64,000 bases of DNA from Heptranchias perlo (lineage: Eukaryota): positions 23,064,001-23,128,000 of the forward strand of contig NC_090330.1 of the NCBI RefSeq assembly GCF_035084215.1, read 5' to 3'. The notes under the pieces were generated by a model, which was not told where the DNA came from, made no database searches, and saw nothing but the letters and a program-made list of their open reading frames with translations. Made by a program: the position numbers and the translations under genes. Shown here piece by piece: positions 48,564 to 61,835 of the stretch (its first letter is position 1; the number at the start of each line of letters is the position of its first letter).

Positions 48564-48923
48564 TTTTTTTTTTCATTTTATTCTTGGGATGTGGGTGATG
48601 CTGATAAGACTGCATTTATTTCCCATCTTTGAACAGCAATCATTTTACAATTGAATTCCTTGCCAAGCCACTTTAGAGGGCATTAAGAGTCCATCATGTG
48701 GTGTGGACTGAAGTCACGTGCAGGCCACACCAGGCAGGGTTGGCAGGTTCCCTTCCCTAAAGGACATTAGTTAACTAATTAGGTTTTTATGACAAACTGG
48801 CAACTTTCACAACCTTTTTTTTCCCTGGTACTAGCCTAAAAATTATCATATTTATTGATAGGATTGGAACTCACAACCTCTGGGTTACTAGTTCAATACC
48901 ATAACCACTACACTACCACACCC
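48564..48923 (-). mobile_element. Complete bipartite SINE-like element (LINE-B head/5' UTR plus short LINE-B tail and A-tail)
   Basis: Minus strand: GGGTGTGGTAGTGTAGTGG..GAGTTCCAATCC..AGGGAAGGGAACCTGCC..AATAAATGC..CCCACATCCCAAGAATAAAATGAAAA. Confidence 0.75.
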
Positions 48924-49489
48924 AAGAAGTCAGAAAATGGCACCAACCAGCTGCTCTTAAAAGGTGCAGCTTGCCCATACAGGAGAGGAAAGGAGTATTG
49001 CATCTAGCTGAAGATAGAAGCAAAGTAGACATTGAGGACACTTTTACAATAATGGTGATGGGCAAGAACCAAACCCCGATTTTAACCTAACTGGCCCAGC
49101 ATGAATGGGGCAGGTTTGGGTCAGTCGCCCGTTTTACACCCTGTCTGATTTTACGTTCCGTGGACTTCAGTTTTCAACAATGATCTTTTGGAAATCCTCT
49201 TGCAGGAAATGCGGCAAAGGAGAGTGGCCTAAGAAATTCAGCGGCATTCAAAGAACTGCCAAGCTAAGTGTAGGCACCTTTACGTACATTCCTACTATTC
49301 CTTCATAAAAGGCATGGTCCCAGTGTAACTGTCCATTAGATGCACCCTTAGGGAGATTACCTCCAAACTAGCACACAGTATTGTTCCCTTTTTATAATGC
49401 ATTTTCATTCCACAGAAGTTGCATGCCACGTTGCCGGTAGGTACAAAGTTCTTGACAGGTCAACCACAAAAAAGTCATAAAAAGAAAAC

Positions 49490-50000
49490 CATTATGAGAA
49501 TGCATGAGATACTCAGAGCCAGAGAGAGGAGTACTCAGGGCTCAGGCGTGCTGTTTCATGTATTCTGCCAATGGCTCACATCTTCATAAATGTGCTCTGC
49601 TAACAGATCAAGGCTGCCCACAACCTTTATGAGAGAACCAGCACTGGAAGAGTGCCATCAAAATAAAGCTTTCCATCATCTTTGAAAAGATGGCACTCAC
49701 TGCATGTGGCCCAAAGCCAAGGAGGGCATTGGCAATGGAAAGTTTTGAGTTATCATGCCGTCATCCAGCAAGTAGTCTCCATCTGCTATCATTCATCATG
49801 TTGACAGTCTGTTTAGGAATCATGGAAGCAGAGCATTCAGTTGTTAATCTGCTGCATGATACACTAAAGTTGTATGATCTTACTTGTCTTGGAAGATGTT
49901 GTCTGTTGGATATATTGTAAAACATTGTCTTTTTTGTGTAGGCTCTTCCCAAGATGAGGAGGCAAGAGGAAGTGGCAGTTCAGCCCCGAGTACTTCATAG
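49490..50000 (-). mobile_element. Possible very old Harbinger transposase remnant
   Basis: Broken motifs in the expected order (HDS, LL.D, A-L-x-Y-S-like, C-I-L-H-N-like); many frameshifts. Confidence 0.35.
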
Positions 50001-50779
50001 TATGCTACATTAAGCACTCCATCTGCCCCAAGATCCAGCCAAGACACTACTACCCAGTGCCTTCAGGTAGTGAGTTTGAGTAAAGGGCACGGGGTGAAGC
50101 ACAAATCATGTGAGAAGCAAGTGGAGGTGATAGGAGAGAAAGTTATGAGATATGGTGAGGCTTCGAGTCGACGCCACTTGCCAACAGCAAAGGCAAGGGA
50201 TTGATATCCTTTGGGCCTGCCTTCAAGTGGGAATCAACAGAGAAGCAAAGTCATTTGCAACCTGCTTTCAGTTCACCTTAAGCAGCCTGTGGCAGCTGTC
50301 TGTCGGTCAATGTGCAGCAGTGCACCCCTGACATCACTGCAGTACTGTGGGAGGTATTTATTGGCATGCAGAGGACCATGGAGTGAATGGCACTTTTGCA
50401 ATCCTCTGCAATGGATCCCCAAATTCCTGAGGGAGCAAGCACAGAACACAGTTCTCTAACATACAAACGCATAAAATGAGCAAAAAAAGACCAGCTGGTC
50501 TCTCGAGCCTGTCCCATACAATCATGTTGCACTGAGCATCATGATCTCCACTGCTCCACTGAAGAGGCCCAGAAATCCTACTTTTAAATTAAAAAAAAAT
50601 ATTTTCAATCCATTTTATCGTATTCAGCCTGCAGTGTTATATTTCCTGCCTCCCCTAGCACCACATATACAGTGTGCTTGAAAACAAAAATCTGTAACAT
50701 TGATCCTGCAATGTCATCACAATTATTGTTTTGAAACGGCCATTAAAAACAAATTACATCTGCACTGTCTTTTCATCCC

Positions 50780-51000
50780 ATTGTTCTGGGGCCTAAATAT
50801 CATCAGCCAGATGTGGGCCCATTCCCCCATTACGTCCAGGTTTGATTGTACATATTTTTTTCTCATTCAAGCTTCTGGCACTGGCACAAATCTTTGTATT
50901 ATCTGTGAACTTGTGGACAGTTCCCCAAACGCCTTCATTCAGACCATGAATATAGATTTTGAACACTGTGACTGGCAATGCCGAGACCATGGGCACTCAA
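50780..51000 (-). mobile_element. Old CR1 RT fragment
   Basis: FKIYIHGLNEG..KFTDNTKI (50793-50996). Confidence 0.6.
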
Positions 51001-52267
51001 CTACAGGAGGCTGTCAAACAAATAGATGTCCAGGGCCCCCACCTGAAACAGACATTGGACCCTTTGCATATGCAAAAAAGCGGCTTAATGCCTGTTTACG
51101 GCCCCCACAGCAATATTGGTTTGCCATGAGACAGCCGGTGCTGGCTGCATTCAGGAAAATCAGATCTACATGCAGCCTAACAGGCGGTCCTTAAAGGGGC
51201 TGCTGCAGACCGCCACCAAAAAAGTAAGTTTGTTAAAAATATTTACCTGAATGTGGAACCGGGAAGAGCAGGAGCCACTGCTCGCCCCCCCGCCACCACG
51301 AACGTGACTTCGAAACCCCCCAATTACATCCCCAATCACCACCGCTACCCCCCCGCGATCACCCCCGAGGTGCTTTTGCAATTGAAGATGGTGTCCTTTC
51401 ATGAATTCATCCTCCACATTGAGGGCATGCAGCGCTATTGGATTTCCAAATGGGACTCTCATCTTCTTACCTTGCTTTCCCAGTATCTTGTGCAGCAGCA
51501 GTAATGAGGGAGACTGCAGCCAATTGATTCTTTTATAAATTAAGGTTCAGCAAAAAAGAATAAAAATGGGAGCCTTCACAGCCTTGCAACAGCTTTATTG
51601 CAGCAGCATAAAGAAAATGTCCCTTTAACTAATTCACTAAAGCAGCTCAGGCCCTGTGCCTCTAGAAATGCCCACGTCCACGCTCTGGGTGGATCCTTGT
51701 CCGATGCTGAAAAGTTTTGCCTCAGACCTAATTGAATACGTTTGCTAGGGTAAGTGAGGTTTCAGCACGACTAACATCAAACACTGAAAATTGCCCATTG
51801 GAAAATCAGGCGTGGCATCATTTGAGATCAGAGGCCTACTCAATTTGTGAAGTGTGTGATGAGGAGACACCTAAAGAGGGAAAGAAAAATACATTAAATA
51901 CAGGACAAACGAAAATAAGATTATTTTCCATAAAGAGTTTACACATCAGATTTGGCAGTTTGCAAAAAATTATATGAATGCTATTAGCATACAATTCCAA
52001 AGAATTGCAGGAATTAAGTAAGTTATGTGTGTCGTGCAACAAATAGTTTATTTTGCATAAACCACTGATCCTAACATGTATTACATGCATGCAATTTTTT
52101 ATAATTTTAAGATGTTTAAAGTAATTAAAAATTTTATTTCCTAGCATATTTACTAATGATACTGTTGTGAGATCAGGTGATACAATCCTTCAAAATTCAT
52201 CCGTGCCAGTTTGAAACTGTAGTTTGGAATGGAGAGTCAATTTAATTTAATTGGTTATGGAGTTTAT

Positions 52268-52953
52268 GGCCCCAATATTTACGGGGAGACCGGAAGGGAG
52301 CCAGGGTGGGGGAACCCGGAAATCCCGGGGGCGCGGATGTCCTGCTGAGTTTGACGTCAGGACCTTATTATTATTTTTTAATTCAATTTTCTGTCCGGCA
52401 GCTGGCCAGATTGACAGGCTGGCTGTCAGGCAGGAAAGTCAGCGGCAGAAGGCTGCAGCCAGTCCCTGGCAATTGGGAAAGATCGCAGGTTGAAGGGGGT
52501 GTTCGGACTGGCAAACAGGAGGGAGGGAAAGATCGTGGGTTGAAATGGGAGGGGGAGGGGGAGGGGGAGGGGGGTCGGGATTGTGGGTTGGAGGGGAGAG
52601 GGTCAGCCGATTGCGGCAAAGAGGAGAGGCTGAGATCGGCAGAAGGTTTGCTTGAGGGGCCGGGGGGAACACTGCTGCTCCTCCTGGCTCACAAGCACTG
52701 CCATAAAAAGTACTTACCTTCTGCAGCCGGCTGCTCCCATCTCCATTTAGCTGTCAGGTTTCCCAAGCCCTGGGCTGCACTGTGGGAGCCTGATTTAAAT
52801 ATTATAATGAAGTGTCCCACCTCGCCAAGGTGGGACACACGCACAGCATGCAACCAGGCGCCATAAAAATGGCGGCAGGCGCGTATCGCGATTTAAAATT
52901 TTGAAACCCCTCCCCAACCCACTCTGCCTGTCGTATGGGGTTAATATCGACCC
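52268..52953. mobile_element. GC-rich MITE-like non-autonomous element (similar GC-rich block at about 51030-51730)
   Basis: Abrupt GC-rich island with loosely inverted ends (GGCCCCAATATTTAC / GTTAATATCGACCC). Confidence 0.35.
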
Positions 52954-54280
52954 TTATGTTTCATGGCTCCATTGAAACATACTTTTCTTCATTATATTTG
53001 CAACACATTTGATGCTTGTGTCATTTGTTCCTAATGCATTTGGCTACCTTGTACCTTATTTTGTGGTGCTAATGGGTCAGAAAAATAATTTGGTGGCCGA
53101 TTGTTCAAAGCATAAAACTACCAGTCTAGAAGCTACATGTATTGTATAAATGACTGTCAACCGGTATTACTGCCCAGGAAGATAGATTGTTTGACCAGTG
53201 CTCAATTAAGTAACGTGACAGCTGTTTCTCGGCTACCATTCGATTGCATAGCCTTTGTTTTCTATGCAAGGCAGTTAACAAAAGCTTCGTTCAGTTTACT
53301 GAAGCTCAGTGGGAAACATGAGTTTGACCCAAGGGCATTTTGCTTTCCCATTTCCATTCAGGCCGATGCTATCATGTTCCCATACGATAATTACAACTTG
53401 TTAATGTTCTAGAGCTTTGCTTCAGTTGCTTATGAGTATATTGTTGGGAACCTTTCCACTAATTTAAGGCAACTCTAGCATTGAAATGCTGCTTCATTGC
53501 TAATATAACTGGATGACCTTGTAGTACACTAATTGAAGCTCATGGTTCTTTGTATTTTGAGATCCAATGGAGAGTAGTACCATAATGTACCAATTACCAT
53601 AATGAGCTTTGACAGTTATTAGCCAAGTCACCAACTGCCACAGCGCTTTGCAACACCTAAATTGATCTGTGTGTATGACCCTATGGTATGGAATGAGCCT
53701 ATGGCATAGTGGTAGCATTCCCACTTTTGAGTTTAGATAGAACTTTATTTTAGTTGAATATGACTTTTTTTTGATGGAATATGACTGAGGAGAAAATTGA
53801 AATGAGAGAAAAAAGGTTTTATGTGAAATGATTGAATAACCACTGGCCACGAAATTTCACGTGGCCATTTACACTGGTATTGCGTCCCCGAGCCGGGACA
53901 TAACACTGATGCTGTCCAGTGCTGTCAGCTTATTTAACTATCCATTGGCGATTCAATAGTGCTACTCCTGTGTAACACAGCAGTAGTGCCTAATGGGGAA
54001 GGGGCTTGGAAGTTAAGTGTGGAGCCCGTAAAAAGCCCAAAATGACTGAAGATTGCAGCAGCAGGCTGGGGGATTAGCAGGTAAGTAGAAAAGTGTTTGG
54101 CACAGTGAATTGACTGTTGGGTAGCTGTAATGGATAACTGTAATGGATAGCTCATGTGTGATTTTGTGCCACTTTTAAAGTATATCTTTAACTTGACACC
54201 TTGGCAAGGGCAATCTTAAGAAGGGAGCAGGGCATTTCAAGGAGGCAGAAAGAGCACACAATTATGATTAGACCAATCTT

Positions 54281-54465
54281 CAGATGCTCCTGGATGAAAT
54301 GCAGCAAAGGAGATAAAGACTACTGGGTGCCCATAGAGGGAACCTCAAAAATGTCTCAAGTGCCATGTGGAGGGAGGTGGAAGTGGCAATGAGTGTCATG
54401 TCTTTCACCCCAGAACCGCAGACCAGTGCCGGAAAAAGTTCAATGACTTCACAAAGGCAGGCAAG
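54281..54465 (+). pseudogene. Harbinger Myb/SANT-like DNA-binding ORF remnant
   Basis: QMLLDEMQQRR*..AMWREVEVAMSVMSFTP/RTADQCRKKFNDFTK (one stop, one frameshift). Confidence 0.7.
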
Positions 54466-54738
54466 ATAACACACTGACCAGTATCTTTTTTTTCCTTGGG
54501 TACCATGGCCACCAACATACTGTTCACCCTCTAAACTGAATAGCAGCACAAGTAACGCTTCAAACTGCTCTGTGGTTAAGAGGGTACTAATTAGGAATCT
54601 TACAATATATGTTGCCATCTCCCCTAATATAAATTACTTGCATTTAGAACTTTATAATCCCTTCCTCCATGTTATTAGGATAATGCCATCATGTCTATTA
54701 CATCAACTGTCTGATGCCAATCTGGGAGATATCCATCT

Positions 54739-55413
54739 TTGACAGAGGCATATGCCTTGTTGTGGTGCTCCTCAGCTGTTGTTCTTGCAACTCTCAGGGA
54801 GGTCATTATCCATGGCAGTAACTGGTATGCTTTGTCACCAACAAGCCAAATGTTAATTTGACTATATTATTTTGAAAAGCTCAGGGAGGGCAGAATTTCT
54901 GGGGACGTACGCATCATGGCAATATCCAGCCAATCTGACATTCATTTGAAGGATTTTTTGCATCTGGTCACATGCAAGTGAGTAGAACCCCTTTCTGTTA
55001 GTAGGGGGTTAACAGTAGCAACTTGCAATTGTACTTGCAAATCGCACCCTGCACTTTGAGAAATCCAGCAATGTAATTAAATTGGATAGCCATATTATGC
55101 TGTCATGCCAACCTGGATGAATTCCCCAGCTCGTAAAAAGTGAGTCAGTGACCTTACAACTGCATGCTCGGAAAATCCCCTAAGTGACATTGCACAGATC
55201 CCCCAAGGCTGATTGAAATTAGCCCATGGGATTAAAGTTGAGTGCAGTCATTATGTTCACAGCCATAGGCAGAGCTGTCCAGGTAAACGATCTTGGCTAC
55301 AGGTCTTCATGTAGCATCTGGCATTGGTCCCCTGTTGCCTCTTTTGTAAATTGTGCTAGTCTAATATAGAGCGCCTCACTAAGAGCTTCATTAGATCTGT
55401 TTGGCCTGTAAAT
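54739..55413 (-). pseudogene. PIF/Harbinger (HARBI1-like) DDE transposase remnant
   Basis: IYRPNRS..FTKEA..TALPMAV..ALNF..GDLCN; IAGFLKVQGAI; NRKGFYSL; GYCHDAY; WLVGDKAYQLLPWIMT; multiple stops. Confidence 0.8.
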
Positions 55414-56560
55414 TGTTTAGGGCAGAGGTTGTATCTTGTAGGGCAATATCTCCTCAAATGCTATCTCACTCTCCTTTCCTGCATCGCTCCTTTTCCTTGT
55501 CCATTAAAATTACATACAAGGGAAGCCTATGCAGAATCCTATAGCTTATACTCAAAGCCTCTTACTGTCAGTGGAAAGAAAACATATCCTGATGATCTCA
55601 AAATCTCTCAGGCTATCAAAGGTAAATTGAGTTCAATCCAGGTGGAAGGCAAAAAAAATGCTTTAAAGCTTTTCTGTAACTTCAGCAATCTCTCAAACGT
55701 TTCTTTAGGCTGCAGGCTCCAAAATAAAGCACTTTGCTATTGTGAGCTGATGCTGCCAATAGGTATGCCTCTTTTATTTCTTTCTGTTAACCTTAGTACA
55801 ATGGGAGTGCAAGTCATGGGGTTTGTGGACTCCACTGCTGTTGCTACTGATTCTAATTTCTGGTAATGAGCTCCCAGCAACATTGGTGAGTGCACACATA
55901 GAAAGTATCAGATAACATCAGATCCAAATAATCATATTTGAAAGGGTATTTCAATGAATATGAGTGTAAGATCTTATATTCTTGTGAACTGATTGCCACA
56001 TTTATTATTTACAAAAGTACATGGGACTTATCAGAACTGCAAATTAAAGTAATATTTATTAGTCACCACTCAGCACATTCACTGATGTGGTAGTTTCAAT
56101 CAAAGGCCATAATTAACAAAAGGCCCAGGTATCTTCCACTAATTGTCCTTTGCCTGTCTTGCATCTGGTGTACAACTGTAACTTCCTGAATCTCTTTAGA
56201 GTTTTGTATCACTTGCTTCAACCTTTTACTCCTCACTAGGTTCCTATTGGTTCTATCCATCTAACTTCTTTATTTTGTCTTCTAAACTGCGCAGCTATCC
56301 AACTCCATGAAGCAACTCCCTTAATCCCACAGCCAGACTCAGTTACTACACTGGGTGTCCTTAAACCAATTCACCACAATTAAACTTCAGTCCCTTTTTA
56401 CTCAATAAGGGGAATGACTGTCAACAATAGGGCTTTTTGAGATTCTGTTGGGGATCTGGTTCTCCCTGGCTTCCTCTTTCCATTTTACTCAGTACGTGAG
56501 GTTGAAAAAGAGCTGTCACACTTGTTAAACTCCTTTTGGAATTTTTATTGACAAAAGACG

Positions 56561-56868
56561 GACTTGCACTTAACTAGCGCTTTTCACGACGTCCCAAAGC
56601 GCTTTACAGCCAATGAAGTATTTTTGAAGTGTAGTCACTGTTGTAATAAAGAAAATGTGGCAGCCAATCTGCACACAGCAAGCTCCCACTAGCAGCAATG
56701 TGATAATGACCAGATAATCTGTTTTAGTGATGTTGGTTGATAGATAAATATTGGTCAGGACACTAGCGATAACTCCCCTGCTCTTCTTCAAAATAGTGCC
56801 ATGGGATCTTTACGTCCACCTGAGGGGGCAGACAGGGCCTCGGTTTAACGTCTCATCCGAAAGATTGC
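56561..56868 (-). mobile_element. DeuSINE-type SINE, 5'-truncated
   Basis: CTTTCGGATGAGACGTTAAACCGAGGCCC..AGATCCCATGGCACTATTTTGAAGAAGAGCAGGGG on the minus strand. Confidence 0.82.
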
Positions 56869-59403
56869 AAGGATCTCAGAAATCCTACCCCACTCATGAA
56901 AGTCCTAACTATTGATTTCCCTTGGAGCTACTCCTATTGGCTGGTGTGGGACAAAATCCTGGAGATACTGTCTGCTCATGATACACCCAATTTCACACAC
57001 AACAAAATAAACACAACCTTCTGCACAGCAAAGTAACTGACACAAACACACAAAAAATATTCAATACATTTTTTATTATATCGCTAAATACAAAATATTC
57101 TGTATAATTAAATCACACATTATATAAAAATATTTGCTCTGCACAGATTTATATGTATATACCCACATTATATTTTAATATAGTATTTCATATATTTCAC
57201 GTGAATATATTTCAACTCCCATTCATTTTATTCATAGACCTCTAGTGATATAAAACCTTCCAGTATACCAATAGGCAATTTCAGGTATTTTTTCCAATTG
57301 TATTCATTTCAATTTCTATATAGTTTTTCTATACCATTTAATCTATTTTATATTTATTTCTTTATTTTTAACGAACATTCTCTTTATTCCCAACACAAAG
57401 TATGCCGCCACAATAATGCATTCTACTTTGCAACATATACTTCACTTCTCCTTATCAAATACATAAGGGTGCATCAGTACCATTTTGTCAGCCGAACTGA
57501 ATACATGTTTTCCTTCAGTCTTCAACAGTATACATGTAATTGTTTTTAGAAATTTTTCGAAGAAAAGCTAGACAATGAAAGCACAGAGCAATTAGATGAG
57601 AGTCAGTGTCTGTTGACTGCCAAATTGCTCCATGACCTGGCATTCTCTGTGCTCTCAGATCCCAACCCAGTTGTCCCAATTGGTCCTAGTTCCACCCACC
57701 TGAGTGCTTCCAGCACTGGCAGGAATATTTATGCTGATAAATTGTGACTTTGTAAAGACAGATACTGGAGATTTGTTTATATTAAATTTGTATATGTCTT
57801 TACGCAGATTTGACAGCACTAAAGCATTTCTATTTTTAAGAATTAGTGAGAGACAGTAAATGGTGACTGAGCAAAGTCAAAGGAGATGAACGAGTCTAAA
57901 TTAAGAAGGACTCACAGGATGAAGGAACGTCACATAGAAGAGACGACTCTAGATACTCTTCAACAAGTAAATCTCATGTCAAATTGCCAAGCTGGGGGTC
58001 ATGTGCAACCTTTAGATACGGGAAGGAAAACTAATCATGGACAGGGAAGAGATTAATACTTATCTAAAATAACACAGAAAACTTGTGATATGTGGAAAAA
58101 TCTTTTGAATGGTAAATATCATGAAAGTTAAGTGACTACAAAATTACATATTCATAAGAAATACCAACCTGAATGCAGCAATGTTATTTCTAAGTGCTAA
58201 AACGCCACTACAGGGTAGAAATAAAAAGGTTACATTCTGTAAATAGTGCACATAGAAATGTAGTATGAGTGTATTAAGCATTTATACATGAACTTGCCCA
58301 TTGGAATTTCTATCCTTTATATAAAACTGTCCATATAACTGTCCTGCGAGTTGCAGTTTGTGGAACAACTATATATACACATTTAAATGTACCAACAAGG
58401 TTATTAGATTAAGGTTAAAACAATTATTGCATAGGAAACAATTTAGAGTTAGGTGTCTTATTAACAAAATGGGCTAGCAAACAAATAACAATTATTTATT
58501 TGCTTATTTGTTTATTTGCAGTTAGTTGTCAGTTGTTACTTGCTCAAAGCTAGCTTATGCTGTGGCATGTTTGTTTAATATGAAAACATACCACAACAAC
58601 GCTACATTTAAAGTTAGGGACAGTCACCAACATAATCATAATCATTTGGTACTAAGCACACGTTAATACTTGGGCAACAAGAAGCCACATTTATAAACAT
58701 GTTACTCATATGTTTTCTTCCTGCAGTAATGAAAGATCTAACAATAACTGTCACATTTCAGGATTTAGTGACCATTTTTACACAAAGGATTTGGAGAAAA
58801 TATATTTTTAAAATGTTGTTTTAAAACTTATTTTAAATTCATTCAAGTTATTAAAAGGGTCCTGAGGTGATGATAGGTGGTTAAGATGTTAATGAATTAA
58901 GTTTTGACATCATTTCCCCATTGACTATAAATAATAAGCAATTCATTAGCTGGTCTTGGCAATTGATAAACACCTTAAACCACTGTGTTGGGAAGTCTCT
59001 ACCCCATTTGACTGTGAACAGAGGGAGATTAAAAAATAAGAGACAGACACAGCCAGTCAGGTGTTTCTTTTTAAAAAGCAGAATGCTACAAAACAGAGAA
59101 GGCCATAAGAAGGTTGGAATGTAGGGGAGCAGTTATAAACTGTTCAAGCAAGATGACCCACTGATGTGGGATAGCGTATTCATTATTTTGTACAGTAAGC
59201 AAAGAAAGTTAGAATGATTAAAATAAGTCAATCTGATCATAAATGTTGCTCTGTATGCTTATATGCTGTGAAATAATGCATCTTAAGATTCATACCCGGC
59301 CCTGTCTTACCAATTGCTTCCTTGGTCTGCTTACAAAGAGATTGAAAAAATATACTTGCAAAAACATGAATATTCAGTCCAGGTCACAAGGAGATAGGTA
59401 CTA

Positions 59404-60443
59404 TTGGCTTCTCCTCCCATTCCCGCACTGTTACCTCTGGAGTCCCCCAAGGATCTTTCCTTGGCCCACTCCTATTTCCCATCTGCATGCTGCCCCTCGG
59501 TGACATCATCCGAAAACACAAGGTCAGATTCCACATGTACGCTGACGACACCCAGCTCTACCTCACAACCACCTCCCTCGACTCTTCCACTGTCTCCCAT
59601 TTGTCAATTTGCTTGCCCGATATCCAGTCGTGGATAAGCAAAAATTTCCTCCAACTGAATATTGGAAGACCGAAGCCATTGTCTTTGGTCCCTGTCGCCA
59701 ACTGCGTTCCCTAGCCACCGACTCCATCCCTCTTCCTGGCCACTTTCTGAGGCTGAACCAGGCCGTTCGCAACCTTGGTGTCCTATTTGACCCAGAGATG
59801 AGCTTCCGACCACATATCCGCTCCATCACCAAGACCGCCAACTTCCACCTCCGTAACATCGCCCATCTCCGTCCCTGCCTCAGCTCATCTGCTGCTGAAT
59901 TCCTCATCCATGCCTTTGTTACCTCCTGACTGGACTCCCATCTTCCACCCTCCATAAACTTGAGCTTATCCAAACTCACACCAAGTCTCGTTCTCCCGTC
60001 ACCCCTGTGCTCGCGGACCTACAATGGCTCCTGGTCCAGGAACGCCTCGATTTTAAAATTCTCATCCTTGTTTTCAAATCCCTCCATGGCCTCGCCTCTC
60101 CCTATCTCTGTAACCTCCTCCAATCCTCAGATCTTTGCGCTCCTCAAATTTTTACCCCTTGCGCATCCCCGATTTTAATCGCTCCGCCATTGGCAGCCGT
60201 GCCTTCAGCTGCCTAGGCCTTAAGCTCTGGAATTCCCTCCCTAAACCTCTCCACCTCGCTATCCTCTTTTAAGACGCTCCTTAAAACCTAACTCTTTGTC
60301 CAAGCTTTTGGTCACCTGTCCTAATACCTCCCTATATAGCTCGGTGTCAAATTTTGTTTGATAACGTTCCTGTGAAGCGCCTTGGGACGTTTTACTTCGT
60401 TAAAGGTGCTATTGAAATGCATGTTATTGTTGTTGTTGTTGTT
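59404..60443 (+). mobile_element. L2 LINE 3' part with (TTG)n tail
   Basis: FHMYADDTQLY, NFLQLN..KTE, VRNLGVLFD, IHAFVTS, LQWL.V.ERLDFKIL. Confidence 0.9.
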
Positions 60444-60761
60444 ACACACCTGGGTTACACGATCATATAGTTAAATATTGGGCAGTATGGGAACACACTC
60501 ACACCACCCACAGGAATGACTGGCACCGTTGTAGCCAAAATATTTACAGTCAGACCCTAAACTTGTAACAACTTCATGAGAAATATTATTATTGCTGGTA
60601 TGTTACCAATGACTTACAATCAAATCCATATCTATGTAAATCATATATGGTACATTAAAAGTGAGAGATATGTATGAGAATGTTACAATGCAGTAATATA
60701 GACTACAAATTCAAAGTTTTTAACAATGCTTAATGATCTCCAAGATGTTTTGCTGCAATGT

Positions 60762-61638
60762 AACATAGGAACAGGAGTAGGCCATTCAGCCCCTCGTGTC
60801 TGCTCCGCCATTTGATAAGATCATGGTTGATCTGTGATCTAACTCCATATACCCACCTTTGGCCCATATCCCTTAATACCTTAGATAGCTTTTTGGCAAC
60901 CAATCTCAGATTTAAATTTAGCAATTGAGCTAGTATCAATTGCCGTTTGCGGAAGAGAGTTCCAAACTTCTACCACCCTTTGTGTGTAGAAATGTTTTCT
61001 AATCTCGCTCCTGAAAGGTCTGGCTCTAATTTTTAGACTCTGCTCCCTACTCCTAGAATCCCCAACCAGCGGAAATAGTTTCTCTCTAACCACCCTATCT
61101 GTTCCCCTTAATATCTTGTAAACTTCGATCAGATCACCCCTTAACCTTCGAAACTCCAGAGAATACAACCCCAATTTGTGTAATCTCTCCTCGTAACTTA
61201 ACCCTTGAAGTCCGGGTATCATTCTAGTAAATCTAAGCTGCACTCCCTCCAAGGCCAATATGTCCTTCCGAAGGTCCTTCCCAGAACTGCTCACATTACT
61301 CCAGGTGCGGTCTAACCAGGGTTTTGTATAGCTGAAGCATAACTTTTGCCCCCTTGCACTCTAGTCCTCTCGATATAAAGGCCAGTATTCCATTAGCTTT
61401 ATTGATTATTTTCTGCACCTATTCATGACACTTCAATAATCTATGTACCTGAACCCCTAGGTCCCTTTGGACATCCATTGTTTTTAACTTTTTATCATTT
61501 AGAAAGTACCCTGTTCTATCCTTTTTTGATCCAAAGTGGATGACCTCACATTTGTCTACATTGAATTCCATTTACCACAGTTTTGGCCATTCACCTAATC
61601 TATCAATATCGCTTTGTAATTTTATGTTTTCATCTACA
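60762..61638 (-). mobile_element. CR1 family A 3' fragment
   Basis: ORF 60881-61294 is near-identical in protein to 1230-1787 and 46648-47106. Confidence 0.92.
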
Positions 61639-61835
61639 TACTTTTGTATTCTACAAAACATCTATATGTGTAAAGGTTTTGTACCTAGCACAGTGTCTTT
61701 ATGCTAAACACTGAATGTAGAGCATGGGAACATTTGTGATATGTCCATAACGTGTGAAGAATTCTGATAGGTGCCCAGGAAATTTGAACCAATGAAAAAA
61801 CACTAACACTTATTTCACTGTCTTTGAGCACATGG

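Noticed and set aside
51166-52866. GC/G-rich ORFs (51166-51504, 52306-52866) as genes
   Set aside because: Low-complexity products inside MITE-like GC islands; no domain recognised.
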